Under the pieces are notes generated by a model. That model did not search any database. It saw only the letters and a program-made list of their open reading frames with translations, and was not told the DNA's origin. Of a stretch of DNA of 64,000 bases, positions 26,344-35,935 are shown piece after piece. The DNA lies in assembly GCA_964428015.1 (NCBI GenBank), contig CAYRWR010000006.1, positions 64,856-128,855 of the forward strand. The letters are read 5' to 3'. This DNA is from an uncultured Brevinematales bacterium. Lineage in GTDB: Bacteria; Spirochaetota; Brevinematia; Brevinematales; CAYRWR01. Each line of letters starts with the position of its first letter. Position 1 is the first letter of the stretch. A program made the translations under genes and the position numbers.

Positions 26344-29300
26344 CTACTTATCCAGAATCACAAAAGAATTAGCCGGTACAGACAAGGAATAGGATCCTGA
26401 GCTGATGGTAATAGATGAAGAATTATAGGTACCATTAGCGCTATTGGGAGTGATCAGGCGGTAAGTACCGTTGGGGATACCTGAGATAGTAGTGCTAAAA
26501 CCAGCCCCTTTGGTCAAGGCTACAAAGGCCACATTGACTCCCGCGTCGCGCTTAAACACGATATTGTCTACACCCACCTCCAGGTCGGTCTGCTGGCCTT
26601 TCTGCAGAGCCACAGAAGAATGCCGCAGGCTGTTCAGCATCTTGATATGCTTATAGAGCGCAGGCTGATTGTTCTTGACGTAGTTGATACCGGAGGACCC
26701 CAGCATCCAGCGGGCCACCACATCATTTTTATCGGTAGTAGTGATGTAGTTAGGCCAGGAGCTGTACATGATCTCCGTACCGTAATAAACGATGGGGATA
26801 CCCCGGAACAGGTAGATATAGGTGAGGTTGTTCATATATTGTTCCAGGCTCAGTATGCCGTTGGCACGTGTGACATCATGGTTATCCACAAAAGTAGACA
26901 GCCAGGTAGGATCATATTTTCCTGATTTATCTCCGTCATTTCCTGAGATGCGCAGCCAGCCGTTACCGTTGTTAAAACCAGTCTGTCCTTTAAAGGCATT
27001 TCCCATCCAGCCTGGAAAATCCATGGAAGAACCATGCAGATCCAGCATGTTAAAGGATTTATTCTGTCCGCCGTTGTAGATCAGTCCTACCGCGGCGGTT
27101 CGGTCTCCGGTCCAGGCTTCACCGCACATATAGAAATGATCATTGCCCTGGTTGGAAGCATAGGTCTTCATTTCCCGGGTAAAGTTCTGCCAGAAACCGG
27201 CAGACATATAGGCAACGGTATCGATACGGAAGGCGTCCACACCATGGTCGATGAATTTTTTATAGACATTTTTAAGATGGGGTACGGCATTTTGGGTTCC
27301 ATGTTCATTAAAGTCTATGAGGTCAACCAGTCCCACTCCATTGTAATAGGAGAAAAATCCGTCAGTATGAGGAGTCTGGGAAGCATTCCAGTAGGGGTCA
27401 CCTGACTCCCAGGTCCAGGTCTGTCCATCCATGATCACAGTGTTGCGGGTAGCGTAGGTAGGTGAATTCACAGCTACTGCCGTGGGATGTCCGTGATTGA
27501 CTACTATATCCAGCATCAGTTTCATATCTTTATCATGAACCGCTTCCACCAGGGCATCAAAATCAGCCCAGCCGTCGCTGTTTTTACCGCTGTTATGCAG
27601 GTGCGGATCTATCTTGTCAAAATCATAGCCCCAGTATCCGTGGAAAGGTGAAGCAGAATAGTCTCCGCCATTGGAGTGACGGCCTTCAGGCTGCTTGACT
27701 ACAGGGGTGATCCAGATAGCGGTGAAGCCCATGCTCTTGATATAGTCCAGATTATCAATGATACCCTGGAAATCTCCGCCGTGGTAGTAAGATAAAACCC
27801 CGGTTTTGGATTGGTCATAGATGTTGTAAATATCTGTGGTGGATTCACCGCCCCAGATTTCGTTGTTATTGGGGTTGCCGTCGGCAAAACGGTCCGTCAT
27901 GATAAAGTAGATCGTCTCTTCCCGGAAGTCATTGTGAGGTATCTTAGTTACCACGAACACTTTCACCGTGTCGGTAGCGGTAGCCCCGTTATTATCGGTC
28001 ACGGTCAGGGTCACGGTATTAGTCCCCACACTGTTGTATACCATTGAGGGAGTTTCTCCGGTGAGTCCATTGGACCACTGCCAGGAAACGATGGTGCCGT
28101 TGGGGTCAGAGGATTTGGATCCGTTAAATTTTGCCAGTCCCCCGGGAAGGATGGTGATATCTTTGCCGGCATCTGCTACAGGGGGCAGGTTGGGGTTGGA
28201 GGTAGTTACCGGTACTGCGACCGAGACAGAAGAATTTGCCAGGTCATAAGCCTTGGCAGTCAGATTGTGCCCGGTGCTGGGACTGTAGGCGCTGTTCCAC
28301 TGTATGGAGTAGGGCGCGGTACTGTCAGAGGCTATCAGGACATTGTCGTAATAAAATTCTACCTTTACCACGCCTTTGTCATCAGATGCGCTGGCGGATA
28401 GAGTCACCACACCCTGCAGCAGGGCATTGCTGGCTGGCGCAGTCATGTGAATGGTAGGGGGGACGGTGTCATCAGGGTCCTGGTCATACCAGGTGTTTTC
28501 AGAAAGTACATACCAGCCTTCATTGGTACGTCCCAGGTCTGCGGTTTGAGTACCTTTGGTGTTATGAAACAGCAGATTGGCGATCTGCGCGTTGGTGATG
28601 GTATAGGACCACCAGCCGTTACCGTCATTATGCATGGGTAGCCCCGGCCAGCCGGTCGCGGGTTGCGCGGGGATCACATTCCAATAATGAATATTGACAG
28701 TAGGCCAGTTAGCTGTGTTTTTAAAGTGCACTGTCAGTCCCACGGTAGTTTTGTTAGTAATGGAAATATGGATGTTTTGGGTACTGCTGGTATTGCCGGC
28801 CAGGTCTTTGCTGTACAGGCTGAGGGTGTAGTCATCAGCCGGGAGATTGATGATGGAGGACCAGTTCTGGGAAGAGCTGATCTTTACATAGTCTCCACCG
28901 GTGGACAAATAGACTCCCTGGATGCCGCTGCCGGTCTCAGTGACTGTACCGGCTACCGTGATATTAGCCGAATTGCCGGATACGGTATACCCTTCTGTCG
29001 GACTGGTCACATTCAGGACAGGCTTGATGCTGTCCACATACAGAGCTATGGAGGTATCAGCAGTTTTTCCGCCGGTGCTTACAGCCCGGGCTTTAATAGT
29101 ATTACTGCCCTGGGAGAGAGTTAATCCGTTTTTATACCACACAGTATTACCCACATTCTGGTAGGCGCCGCCGTTCAGGGACAGTGACACAGACTGGATG
29201 GTATCGCCTTGTACACTGGCAGTACCGGTCACGTTCAGTGTGGTCACATTTGTCATAATACCATGATGGGGTGAGGTGATAGACAGGGTGGGGACACTGC

Positions 29301-29979
29301 TGTCGTAATTCAGGTTCAGGGATTGGGTCAGGCTGCTGTTACCGGACGCGTCCAGCGAGTACAGGGCCAGGGTGTTGATACCGGTATTAGTGAGAGTGAT
29401 GCTCTGCTGCCAGTTGGCTGACAGGGTAGCGATAGAGAACCAGGCGTTCTGATTGATCCGGAACAGGATATCAGCCACTTCCCTGTTATCAGACACTGTA
29501 CCCTGGAGGGTAAATGTTTTACCGACAATCTGGTTATTGGTATGAGAGGAAACAGTCAGGGTAGGAGGGGTAGTATCCGGCTCTTCCACGACAGCATGGA
29601 CCAGGACTTTGGGGCTGGCGGCTGTTCTTTTGTTGTTATCCAGGGCTTTCAGCCAAATATGATAATATCCGCTGCTCTCTATGAGGAGGTCTGCTGCTAT
29701 CATGACCAGAGGGTCTCCGCTGGTTTGAGCCGTCACAGAATTGGTAGGTGATCCGGAATTGGTGAGGCAATAATACACCGCTGCTGATTTCAGCCCGGAT
29801 TTATTGTAGGAGGACCCGCTGACTGAAATGGCCGAGCCGCTGGTGGTGTGATTGGTGGGGCTGGCCAGAATGACCACAAAGGGGTTCTGAGTAGAACCAG
29901 GGTCGGTAATCTGATTATTCAGATTACAGCCAACGAACATAAGGAAGACGGTTAGGGCCAGGGCGCTTTTTTTAATCAT
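26344..29979 (-). CDS. Large multidomain GH13 alpha-amylase-family lipoprotein (Ig-like repeats, starch-binding-like module, PKD domain, CGTase-like catalytic domain)
   Basis: The ATG at 29979 follows AAGGAG. Lipobox LMFVGC. GH13 regions LMLDIVVNHG, GVDAFRIDTVAYM, YMCGEAWTG, TFVDNHDVTR. YHGGDFQGIIDNLDYIKSMGFTAIWITPV. PKD-like PVADAGKDITILPGG...VTLTVTDNNGATATDTV. CBM-like VHFKNTANWPTVNIHYWN...GWPGLPM...GWWSYTI. Confidence 0.92.
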   Translation of the reverse strand: MIKKSALALTVFLMFVGCNLNNQITDPGSTQNPFVVILASPTNHTTSGSAISVSGSSYNKSGLKSAAVYYCLTNSGSPTNSVTAQTSGDPLVMIAADLLIESSGYYHIWLKALDNNKRTAASPKVLVHAVVEEPDTTPPTLTVSSHTNNQIVGKTFTLQGTVSDNREVADILFRINQNAWFSIATLSANWQQSITLTNTGINTLALYSLDASGNSSLTQSLNLNYDSSVPTLSITSPHHGIMTNVTTLNVTGTASVQGDTIQSVSLSLNGGAYQNVGNTVWYKNGLTLSQGSNTIKARAVSTGGKTADTSIALYVDSIKPVLNVTSPTEGYTVSGNSANITVAGTVTETGSGIQGVYLSTGGDYVKISSSQNWSSIINLPADDYTLSLYSKDLAGNTSSTQNIHISITNKTTVGLTVHFKNTANWPTVNIHYWNVIPAQPATGWPGLPMHNDGNGWWSYTITNAQIANLLFHNTKGTQTADLGRTNEGWYVLSENTWYDQDPDDTVPPTIHMTAPASNALLQGVVTLSASASDDKGVVKVEFYYDNVLIASDSTAPYSIQWNSAYSPSTGHNLTAKAYDLANSSVSVAVPVTTSNPNLPPVADAGKDITILPGGLAKFNGSKSSDPNGTIVSWQWSNGLTGETPSMVYNSVGTNTVTLTVTDNNGATATDTVKVFVVTKIPHNDFREETIYFIMTDRFADGNPNNNEIWGGESTTDIYNIYDQSKTGVLSYYHGGDFQGIIDNLDYIKSMGFTAIWITPVVKQPEGRHSNGGDYSASPFHGYWGYDFDKIDPHLHNSGKNSDGWADFDALVEAVHDKDMKLMLDIVVNHGHPTAVAVNSPTYATRNTVIMDGQTWTWESGDPYWNASQTPHTDGFFSYYNGVGLVDLIDFNEHGTQNAVPHLKNVYKKFIDHGVDAFRIDTVAYMSAGFWQNFTREMKTYASNQGNDHFYMCGEAWTGDRTAAVGLIYNGGQNKSFNMLDLHGSSMDFPGWMGNAFKGQTGFNNGNGWLRISGNDGDKSGKYDPTWLSTFVDNHDVTRANGILSLEQYMNNLTYIYLFRGIPIVYYGTEIMYSSWPNYITTTDKNDVVARWMLGSSGINYVKNNQPALYKHIKMLNSLRHSSVALQKGQQTDLEVGVDNIVFKRDAGVNVAFVALTKGAGFSTTISGIPNGTYRLITPNSANGTYNSSSITISSGSYSLSVPANSFVILDK

Positions 29980-30011
29980 GAGGGACTCCTTTTCCATTAC
30001 TGTAAACTTAG

Positions 30012-30025
30012 TGTAACCGCTTACA
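30012..30025. promoter_or_regulatory. LacI-family / cre-type operator palindrome
   Basis: On the gene strand TGTAAGCGGTTACA fits TGWAANCGNTNWCA at every constrained position. It lies 8 nt downstream of the -10 box. Confidence 0.55.
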
Positions 30026-30033
30026 TTGATATT

Positions 30034-30062
30034 ATTATAGCTTTGCTTTTCCCATATTTCAA
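30034..30062 (-). promoter_or_regulatory. Sigma70-type promoter of the GH13 gene
   Basis: Minus strand TTGAAA-17 nt-TATAAT. Confidence 0.6.
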
Positions 30063-30164
30063 GTAAAAATCAAAATAAATTTATGCTAATTTGTTACAGG
30101 GTATATAGATGCATGATTTAAGTGTAATGTGCACAGATTGAGTGCAAATGACATGAATATATAC

Positions 30165-30199
30165 AAAAAATCCGGGCGAACTGATGAAGTCCGCCCGGA
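30165..30199 (-). terminator. Rho-independent terminator after the 30224-31165 gene
   Basis: TCCGGGCG...CGCCCGGA stem. The A6 run on the plus strand gives a U-tract on the minus strand. Confidence 0.7.
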
Positions 30200-30223
30200 A
30201 GATTAAAATGATAGGACTGGATT

Positions 30224-31165
30224 TCAGCTATGGGACTTTATCCAGGTAATAGTCTCCTGCAATGCCTGCCTGAGGGGAGTAGGTTTCATTCCAAATACCT
30301 GCTGCATGGCACTGGAATCCAGGATGTAGGGTTTCTCAAACTGATAGGACAGAGGCAGGATTTCTCTTAAAATGGGAATGAACAAAGAAAGTACTGACAT
30401 CATAGGACGGCGCATGGCTTTTATCTTCAGACTGGTTCCGGTGAGTTCCGCTGCCATCTGCAGGACTTCCCGGGGAGTGATGTCCGGACGGTCGCTGGGG
30501 ACATGCCAGGCTTTGCCCCAGGACTGTTCTGAAGTACCCAGAATTGCCAGCGCTGTACCAAAATCTTTGACATAGGTATAAGTGTGGGGCAGATCTACAT
30601 TCCCCATCATAAGAGCGGGTTTGCCGGAGAGCAGGGGGAGCAGAGACCTTGCCCCCAGGGCGCTCTGTTCCAGAGCCCAGGGTCCGTAAAAATCCGAGGC
30701 CCGGGCTGAAGTGACTTTGAGCTGACCTTTGGCATGGGCTTCATAGGCTGCTTCTATCATCCGTGCCCGGGTGTAGCCCTTTTTATCTTCCGCTTTAAGA
30801 GGGAGTTTTTCGGTGAGGGGTTGACCCTGAGTGTCCCCATAGGCGTACAGGTTTTCCGCCAGGACCAGGCTGGCTCCAATGTCCCGGGTCGCTTCCAGTA
30901 TCCTCTGCTGAAAAAGGGGGAATAATTCCGGCCATTTGTCATAAGGTGGCTGGGCGCACTGGTAGACGACCTGAGCTCCCTGGACCGCCCCTCTCAACTC
31001 AGTGGGATCAGTCACGTTAGCTTTGATAATTTCCACACCCTGGATGGGATCAGCCATTTGACCGCTGCGGTTTACCATTCGCACGGATTTTCCCAGGTTG
31101 GTAAGCTTTTCCGCGGTAAACCGGCCTACCGGGCCCGTACCTAAAACTACATGTATTTCTTTCAT
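30224..31165 (-). CDS. NAD(P)-dependent epimerase/dehydratase (atypical SDR / NmrA-like) family protein
   Basis: The ATG at 31165 follows AGGAGG. The N-terminus MKEIHVVLGTGPVGRFTAEKL carries the GxGxxG Rossmann motif. Divergent from a TetR gene. Confidence 0.85.
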   Translation of the reverse strand: MKEIHVVLGTGPVGRFTAEKLTNLGKSVRMVNRSGQMADPIQGVEIIKANVTDPTELRGAVQGAQVVYQCAQPPYDKWPELFPLFQQRILEATRDIGASLVLAENLYAYGDTQGQPLTEKLPLKAEDKKGYTRARMIEAAYEAHAKGQLKVTSARASDFYGPWALEQSALGARSLLPLLSGKPALMMGNVDLPHTYTYVKDFGTALAILGTSEQSWGKAWHVPSDRPDITPREVLQMAAELTGTSLKIKAMRRPMMSVLSLFIPILREILPLSYQFEKPYILDSSAMQQVFGMKPTPLRQALQETITWIKSHS

Positions 31166-31184
31166 GATTTCCTCCTTTATGCAT

Positions 31185-31201
31185 TGTTGGCACCGCCAAC
31201 A
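31185..31201. promoter_or_regulatory. Second candidate TetR operator
   Basis: TGTTGGC-acc-GCCAACA inverted repeat. It shares the TGTTG(A/G)C half-site with the 31218-31240 palindrome. Confidence 0.4.
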
Positions 31202-31217
31202 TAGTGAGTATAACACT

Positions 31218-31240
31218 TAATGTTGACAGTGTCAACATTA
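31218..31240. promoter_or_regulatory. Candidate TetR operator (23-bp perfect palindrome) overlapping the tetR -35 box
   Basis: TAATGTTGACA-g-TGTCAACATTA. It contains TTGACA (31223-31228), followed by 17 nt and TAATAT (31246-31251). Confidence 0.6.
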
Positions 31241-31256
31241 TATACTAATATTTTTT

Positions 31257-31832
31257 ATGGAAAAAAATTATCATCACGGTGACCTCAAACAGGAGCTGAT
31301 CCGCATCGGCCTGGAAGTGCTGGAGTCCGGGGACTATGATTCCCTTTCCCTGCGGGAGCTGGCTGCCAAAGCAGGGGTGTCCAAGACCGCGCCCTATCGT
31401 CATTTCGCGGACAAAAACGCGTTGCTGGGGGCGATCACCACTCAGGGCTTCCGTCTATTCACAGCTGAACTGCAGGAGATCCGTACACAAGCGGGACATG
31501 GAGGCTGGGATGTTCTGGACAGGATGTGCCGGGTCTATATGAATTTCGCGGTACGGCGGCCGCATTTATTCCACCTGATGTTTTCTTCCCTGGGTAGGTC
31601 TTTTGACAGTCCCGAATGTGCCCAGGAAGGCATGAGATCACTGGATGAACTCCGTCTGGCCATCGCCGCCTGGAAAAAGAATATCCAGCAGGAAGAACTG
31701 GAAGCCCTGACCATCGGGGTGTGGGGATATATCCATGGACTGACCTCCCTGGTGCTGGAGGGATTTATCGAACGGGAAGAGTGGGAGGGCCGATTGGGGG
31801 ATTACCTCAGGGCTCACATACCTGGTTTATAA
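31257..31832 (+). CDS. TetR/AcrR-family transcriptional regulator
   Basis: 191 aa. N-terminal HTH SLRELAAKAGVSKTAPYRHFADKNALL. Confidence 0.9.
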   Translation: MEKNYHHGDLKQELIRIGLEVLESGDYDSLSLRELAAKAGVSKTAPYRHFADKNALLGAITTQGFRLFTAELQEIRTQAGHGGWDVLDRMCRVYMNFAVRRPHLFHLMFSSLGRSFDSPECAQEGMRSLDELRLAIAAWKKNIQQEELEALTIGVWGYIHGLTSLVLEGFIEREEWEGRLGDYLRAHIPGL

Positions 31833-31865
31833 AAACAGAATTTTATCAATGTACAGGAGGCTGGA

Positions 31866-32567
31866 ATGCGCAAAATCTCTATATGGGTAATAGTATTAAG
31901 TTTTTTGTGTACGGTCCAGCTGGAGGCTAAAAAATACTATGAAGTATTTCCCGCCGGTGCGGAAAGCAGCGGGGAATCCGCCCTCACTCTGGAGGGTTGG
32001 GGGCCGGGTGGCTTGTTTGCTTACAGTAAGAAAATCGATAACAGCTGGATACCTTCCTATGGTGAACAGTACGTGATCTATGACCTGGTGAATGACAAAG
32101 TGGTGTGGGAGACCTCCTATGAAATACAGGGGGGTGAAGAGGAAAGTGAAGAAACCATCAAACAGGCATACCGGGATAAAATCAAGACTGGCACCCAGGG
32201 CTACCGGATAGCAAATTTTGACTCAGAACTGTGCAGCGCTTCAGAAATTCAGCCTCTGCCGTATTATGAAGGGAACGACACCCTCAAAGTCTACCTGGAA
32301 ATCGGGGATTATAGCAGTGAGGACGGCTTCTGCACCACCTATCATGCTTACCACTACACCGTATGGGCGGAGAAGGGCGGAAAGAAGAAGCAGATCTCTT
32401 CGGGTGATACGACCTTCGCTATCAGCCAAACTATCCTGGGGTACTACAAACATCCTAATGAAAACCGGCTGGCGGTGATCGTGTCTATCTACCACGCCGG
32501 GCTGGAATGTGAGAGCTATATGGAAACCCTGATTATCGGCTGTCACACCAGCGCGGGATTCAAATAA
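31866..32567 (+). CDS. Hypothetical secreted protein
   Basis: 233 aa. Signal peptide MRKISIWVIVLSFLCTVQLEA. AGGAGG RBS. Confidence 0.6.
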   Translation: MRKISIWVIVLSFLCTVQLEAKKYYEVFPAGAESSGESALTLEGWGPGGLFAYSKKIDNSWIPSYGEQYVIYDLVNDKVVWETSYEIQGGEEESEETIKQAYRDKIKTGTQGYRIANFDSELCSASEIQPLPYYEGNDTLKVYLEIGDYSSEDGFCTTYHAYHYTVWAEKGGKKKQISSGDTTFAISQTILGYYKHPNENRLAVIVSIYHAGLECESYMETLIIGCHTSAGFK

Positions 32568-32578
32568 AGGCTGATCTT

Positions 32579-33823
32579 TTACTCCGATCCAAAAGACTCC
32601 GCCCATAGATAGCTGTCCAGGAGGGCGGTGCGCAATTTCTCCAGGTCCAGATTGAGATTATTGAGTAGGGTCTGGATGGCATCCAGGTCCAGGTTGGAGT
32701 CTTCAGTCGATACCACCAGCTTCAGCAGCATTCCTATCTTTCCTGAAAATCCGGTAATAGATGCTATTATAGTCTCACTGACATTCATTTCCTTTAATAC
32801 ATCTTCTATTGGACTGGCCAATAAAGCTCCCATCAGGGACAATAAACCGGTAAGAAACGCCTGGTCTAATTCAGATTGTTCGGCACAGGGGTGCAGTGCC
32901 TGGTACAACAGCTCCATGGTCTTGCCCCGTTGGCTGGCGGTGTGAAACAAAGGATTGGCCTTATTGGACACCTGGGGGGAGGCATAGGCCATTAAGAGCA
33001 GCCAGTGGGACAGCTTACGGTAACCGATCAGGGTGATAGCCTGACGGATGCTGTTGATATGGTTGCGGACATAGAGCTGGGCGGAATTAATAAAACGCAG
33101 CAGGTTGATAGTGAGCTCGGGATAAGCCTTAAAGGCATTCTCGATGGCGGTGATGTCGTCGTTTTTCTGGATCAGGCTGAATACGTTCAAAATGGCAGAT
33201 TTTTCAGGGTCGATACTGCGCGACTTGATGACGCTGGGCTTCTCAAAGAAATAGCCCTGGAACAGATCGAAGCCCATGTTTTTATACAGCAGGTATTCTT
33301 CCATGTTTTCCACTTTTTCGGCCAGCAGTTTCAGGGGGTACTTTTTGAGCAGGGGCAGGCCGGCCTTGATCCTCTCCGGTGGGGTGAGACGGACATCGAC
33401 CTTGATGATCTTCACCCGCTCGAACAGGGGCTTAAAGGTGTTGATAAAAGCATCAGTGAATTCAAAGTCATCGATGGCGAAGACGTAGCCCTCATTTTCC
33501 AGGGCCTCGATCTTCTTCAGAAAAGCCGGGCTGAGTCGGGTGGTCTCCAGGATCTCCAGCACGAAATGCTCTTTGGGCAGGTTTTTGTGCAGTTCCTTTT
33601 CCAGGATGTCCTGGTTAATGTTGACGAAGCCTTTTTTTTCCCCCAGCAGGCGGTGGATGCCGATCTGATTGAGGGTGTTGACCAGCACCCGGGAGGTGGC
33701 GCTCAGGTCGTCTGACACCCCGGCCTCGGCGGTATTGCCGGACCGGAACAGCAGTTCGTAGCCGTACAGCTGCTGATTGACGTCCAGGATGGGCTGACGG
33801 CCGATGTATATCTCGTTATCCAT
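32579..33823 (-). CDS. EAL + HDOD domain signalling protein (COG3434/YuxH type)
   Basis: 414 aa. EAL-domain start QPILDVNQQLYGYELLFRS, FAIDDFEF, LLAEKVENMEE, FDLFQGYFFEKP. HDOD-like C-terminal half follows (INLLRFINSAQLY...ITLIGYRKLSHWLLL). Confidence 0.88.
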   Translation of the reverse strand: MDNEIYIGRQPILDVNQQLYGYELLFRSGNTAEAGVSDDLSATSRVLVNTLNQIGIHRLLGEKKGFVNINQDILEKELHKNLPKEHFVLEILETTRLSPAFLKKIEALENEGYVFAIDDFEFTDAFINTFKPLFERVKIIKVDVRLTPPERIKAGLPLLKKYPLKLLAEKVENMEEYLLYKNMGFDLFQGYFFEKPSVIKSRSIDPEKSAILNVFSLIQKNDDITAIENAFKAYPELTINLLRFINSAQLYVRNHINSIRQAITLIGYRKLSHWLLLMAYASPQVSNKANPLFHTASQRGKTMELLYQALHPCAEQSELDQAFLTGLLSLMGALLASPIEDVLKEMNVSETIIASITGFSGKIGMLLKLVVSTEDSNLDLDAIQTLLNNLNLDLEKLRTALLDSYLWAESFGSE

Positions 33824-33847
33824 GGGTTCCTCTTTTCTTTAGGGTTA

Positions 33848-34015
33848 GGCTCTCACACAGGCACGGCAGGGGCAGGGCAAAGGGTCTCACAAAGTCACGA
33901 AGCGCACAAAGTGGGGCAGGGCATATTTGTGAGGAAGTAATTTATAATAAAGCTACGAAAAATAAAATTCAATCCTTTTTTGGGGTAAATGAGAGGTCTC
34001 ACAAGCACTCGGAGG
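33848..34015. repeat. Cluster of three copies of the dispersed GGTCTCACAA(A)G...CAC..G element
   Basis: GGCTCTCACACAGGCACGGCAGGGG (33848-33872), GGGTCTCACAAAGTCACGAAGCGCACAAAGTGGGG (33882-33916) and AGGTCTCACAAGCACTCGGAGG (33994-34015). Confidence 0.5.
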
Positions 34016-34082
34016 TGTATTTCAAGTTGAGCTGTGGCGGTATTCGTTGGTATTAAAAAGGCATGATGCTCAATCAGAATAT

Positions 34083-35870
34083 TCACCGTATTTTGGTAAA
34101 TTTCATACCCAGTATCTCTAAAGTCTTGATTGATCCCTCCTGCCGGAAGAAAATAGAAGTACCGGAATAGCGGTATCCTAAACCTCCGCCTATGGCAATT
34201 CCATCTCCGCGTGGCAGAAGTACATAGGTATTTGGTTGCGTACCACGGGGACCTATACTGAGATAAAGTCTGTCTTCCTTTTGGATCACTTTAACTTTAA
34301 ATGCCTGGGAATTCAGAAATCGGGTAAAAACCGGATCATCCTCAACAAATTCTTTATCAATCTGACGGTATTCTCCAGTCCAATTTTTCCAGTCTTCAGA
34401 AAGGGAATAATTCAGCTGTTGAGTACCCACCGGATAGGTGTAAACGTTTTGCTTATTTACCATATAGACCCGATCGCCATCACGATAAAATCCGACCATA
34501 ATAGGCTGCAGACTTTTACTATTAACATTCCGCAGTGAATATAATCCCCCTTTACGCCGGATCATTTTGTATTGGGTTTGCTTATCTCTTTTGATAGTTA
34601 AAAGAAGTCCATTTCCATTACTGCTGATTTCAGCCCAGGCATCTGGGAGATCAAAACGGGAGGGTACCGGTGCCGGTATGAACTCAGTTTTTGCGCCAGT
34701 AACCGGAGGGATGTTATTTCTGGAACCATGATGCTGAAGAAGCTGATGAAGGCTTTTATCCGCGATGGTGTAAGGTAGAGACCCACACTTATAGCCGTTT
34801 ACCATGGTGATCACGCCTATCCCCAATTCAGGGATGATCCCCAGCATGGAGAAGAAGGTCGTGACAGCGCCCCCATGCTGGATAATAGGTCCCTGATAGG
34901 GGAAATTGGGCCACCCCAATTCCCATGCCAGCCCAGTCTGAAAGCCGAAGTCCAAAGGACTGCTTGGCTGGGGTTGGGTCATTTGTTCAAGCGTTTCCTG
35001 CTTCAAAATCCGGGCACCATCCAGGCTGCCTTTATTGAGGATACAGCGGATAAACCGGCTCATATCAGCCGGTGTGGACAGCAGACTGCCCGCCGGGGAG
35101 TCAAAAACCGAAGGTTCCCGGAAACTGAACACGGCGACCCGGCTGACTACCAGGTTTGTTATATGTGCTTCATCCATCAGAAAAGAGGTGCGGGTCATAC
35201 CCAGCGGTTTGAAGATGTGGTTCTGCGTATAGCTGTAGTAATCTTCCCCGCTAGCTTTTTCAATGATAATACCGAGCAGAGCAAAGCCATTATTGCAGTA
35301 TGAATAAAACTCTCCGGCGGGAAACTGGACATAACGTCCGGACAGGAAATCCGTAACGGTACGGAAGGCGTAGGGCCCACCGCTGTATCCCCCGAACAGT
35401 TTGTCGGATGGAATTCCTGAATGGTGTGTCAGGAGCATACGGATGGTGATACTGTGGGCGGGATTTGTATCACTGCCCCAGCTTTTCAGACTTAGTTCCG
35501 GAATATATTTACTGATGGGGTCATCCAGGGATAACCGGTGATTTTCAAGGAGTTGCATAATAGCGATACCGGTAAATATCTTGGAGATAGAACCCAGGCA
35601 GAACAGGCTGTTTTCATCCAGCGGGATACGTTTGGTACTGTCCTTGTATCCATAATACTGGGTCCAAACCACGGCATTAGTATCGATCAGGGCAATGGCA
35701 AATGCCTGACCCTGGCCCTGATGTAATTGCTTAAGTATCTCTGAATGGAGGGTCTGACACATCGCAGTGTAGCCTTTGTCGGCTTTTGTGTATTCCTGCT
35801 CCACACGAGGCGGTACACTGCAGGCAGCTAACAGAGTCAGTAATAAAATACTTAAAGTGATTTTATTCAA
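34083..35870 (-). CDS. Serine hydrolase of the beta-lactamase / class C PBP family (lipoprotein)
   Basis: 595 aa. Lipobox LLAAC. SxxK motif LGSISKIFTG. YxN motif YCNNGF. Large extra C-terminal domain. Confidence 0.88.
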   Translation of the reverse strand: MNKITLSILLLTLLAACSVPPRVEQEYTKADKGYTAMCQTLHSEILKQLHQGQGQAFAIALIDTNAVVWTQYYGYKDSTKRIPLDENSLFCLGSISKIFTGIAIMQLLENHRLSLDDPISKYIPELSLKSWGSDTNPAHSITIRMLLTHHSGIPSDKLFGGYSGGPYAFRTVTDFLSGRYVQFPAGEFYSYCNNGFALLGIIIEKASGEDYYSYTQNHIFKPLGMTRTSFLMDEAHITNLVVSRVAVFSFREPSVFDSPAGSLLSTPADMSRFIRCILNKGSLDGARILKQETLEQMTQPQPSSPLDFGFQTGLAWELGWPNFPYQGPIIQHGGAVTTFFSMLGIIPELGIGVITMVNGYKCGSLPYTIADKSLHQLLQHHGSRNNIPPVTGAKTEFIPAPVPSRFDLPDAWAEISSNGNGLLLTIKRDKQTQYKMIRRKGGLYSLRNVNSKSLQPIMVGFYRDGDRVYMVNKQNVYTYPVGTQQLNYSLSEDWKNWTGEYRQIDKEFVEDDPVFTRFLNSQAFKVKVIQKEDRLYLSIGPRGTQPNTYVLLPRGDGIAIGGGLGYRYSGTSIFFRQEGSIKTLEILGMKFTKIR

Positions 35871-35935
35871 TACTTTTTCCTTTATCTTATTTTGGCTTAT
35901 AATCGGTTTGAAAAATATTTATTTGTATCCCCCTG

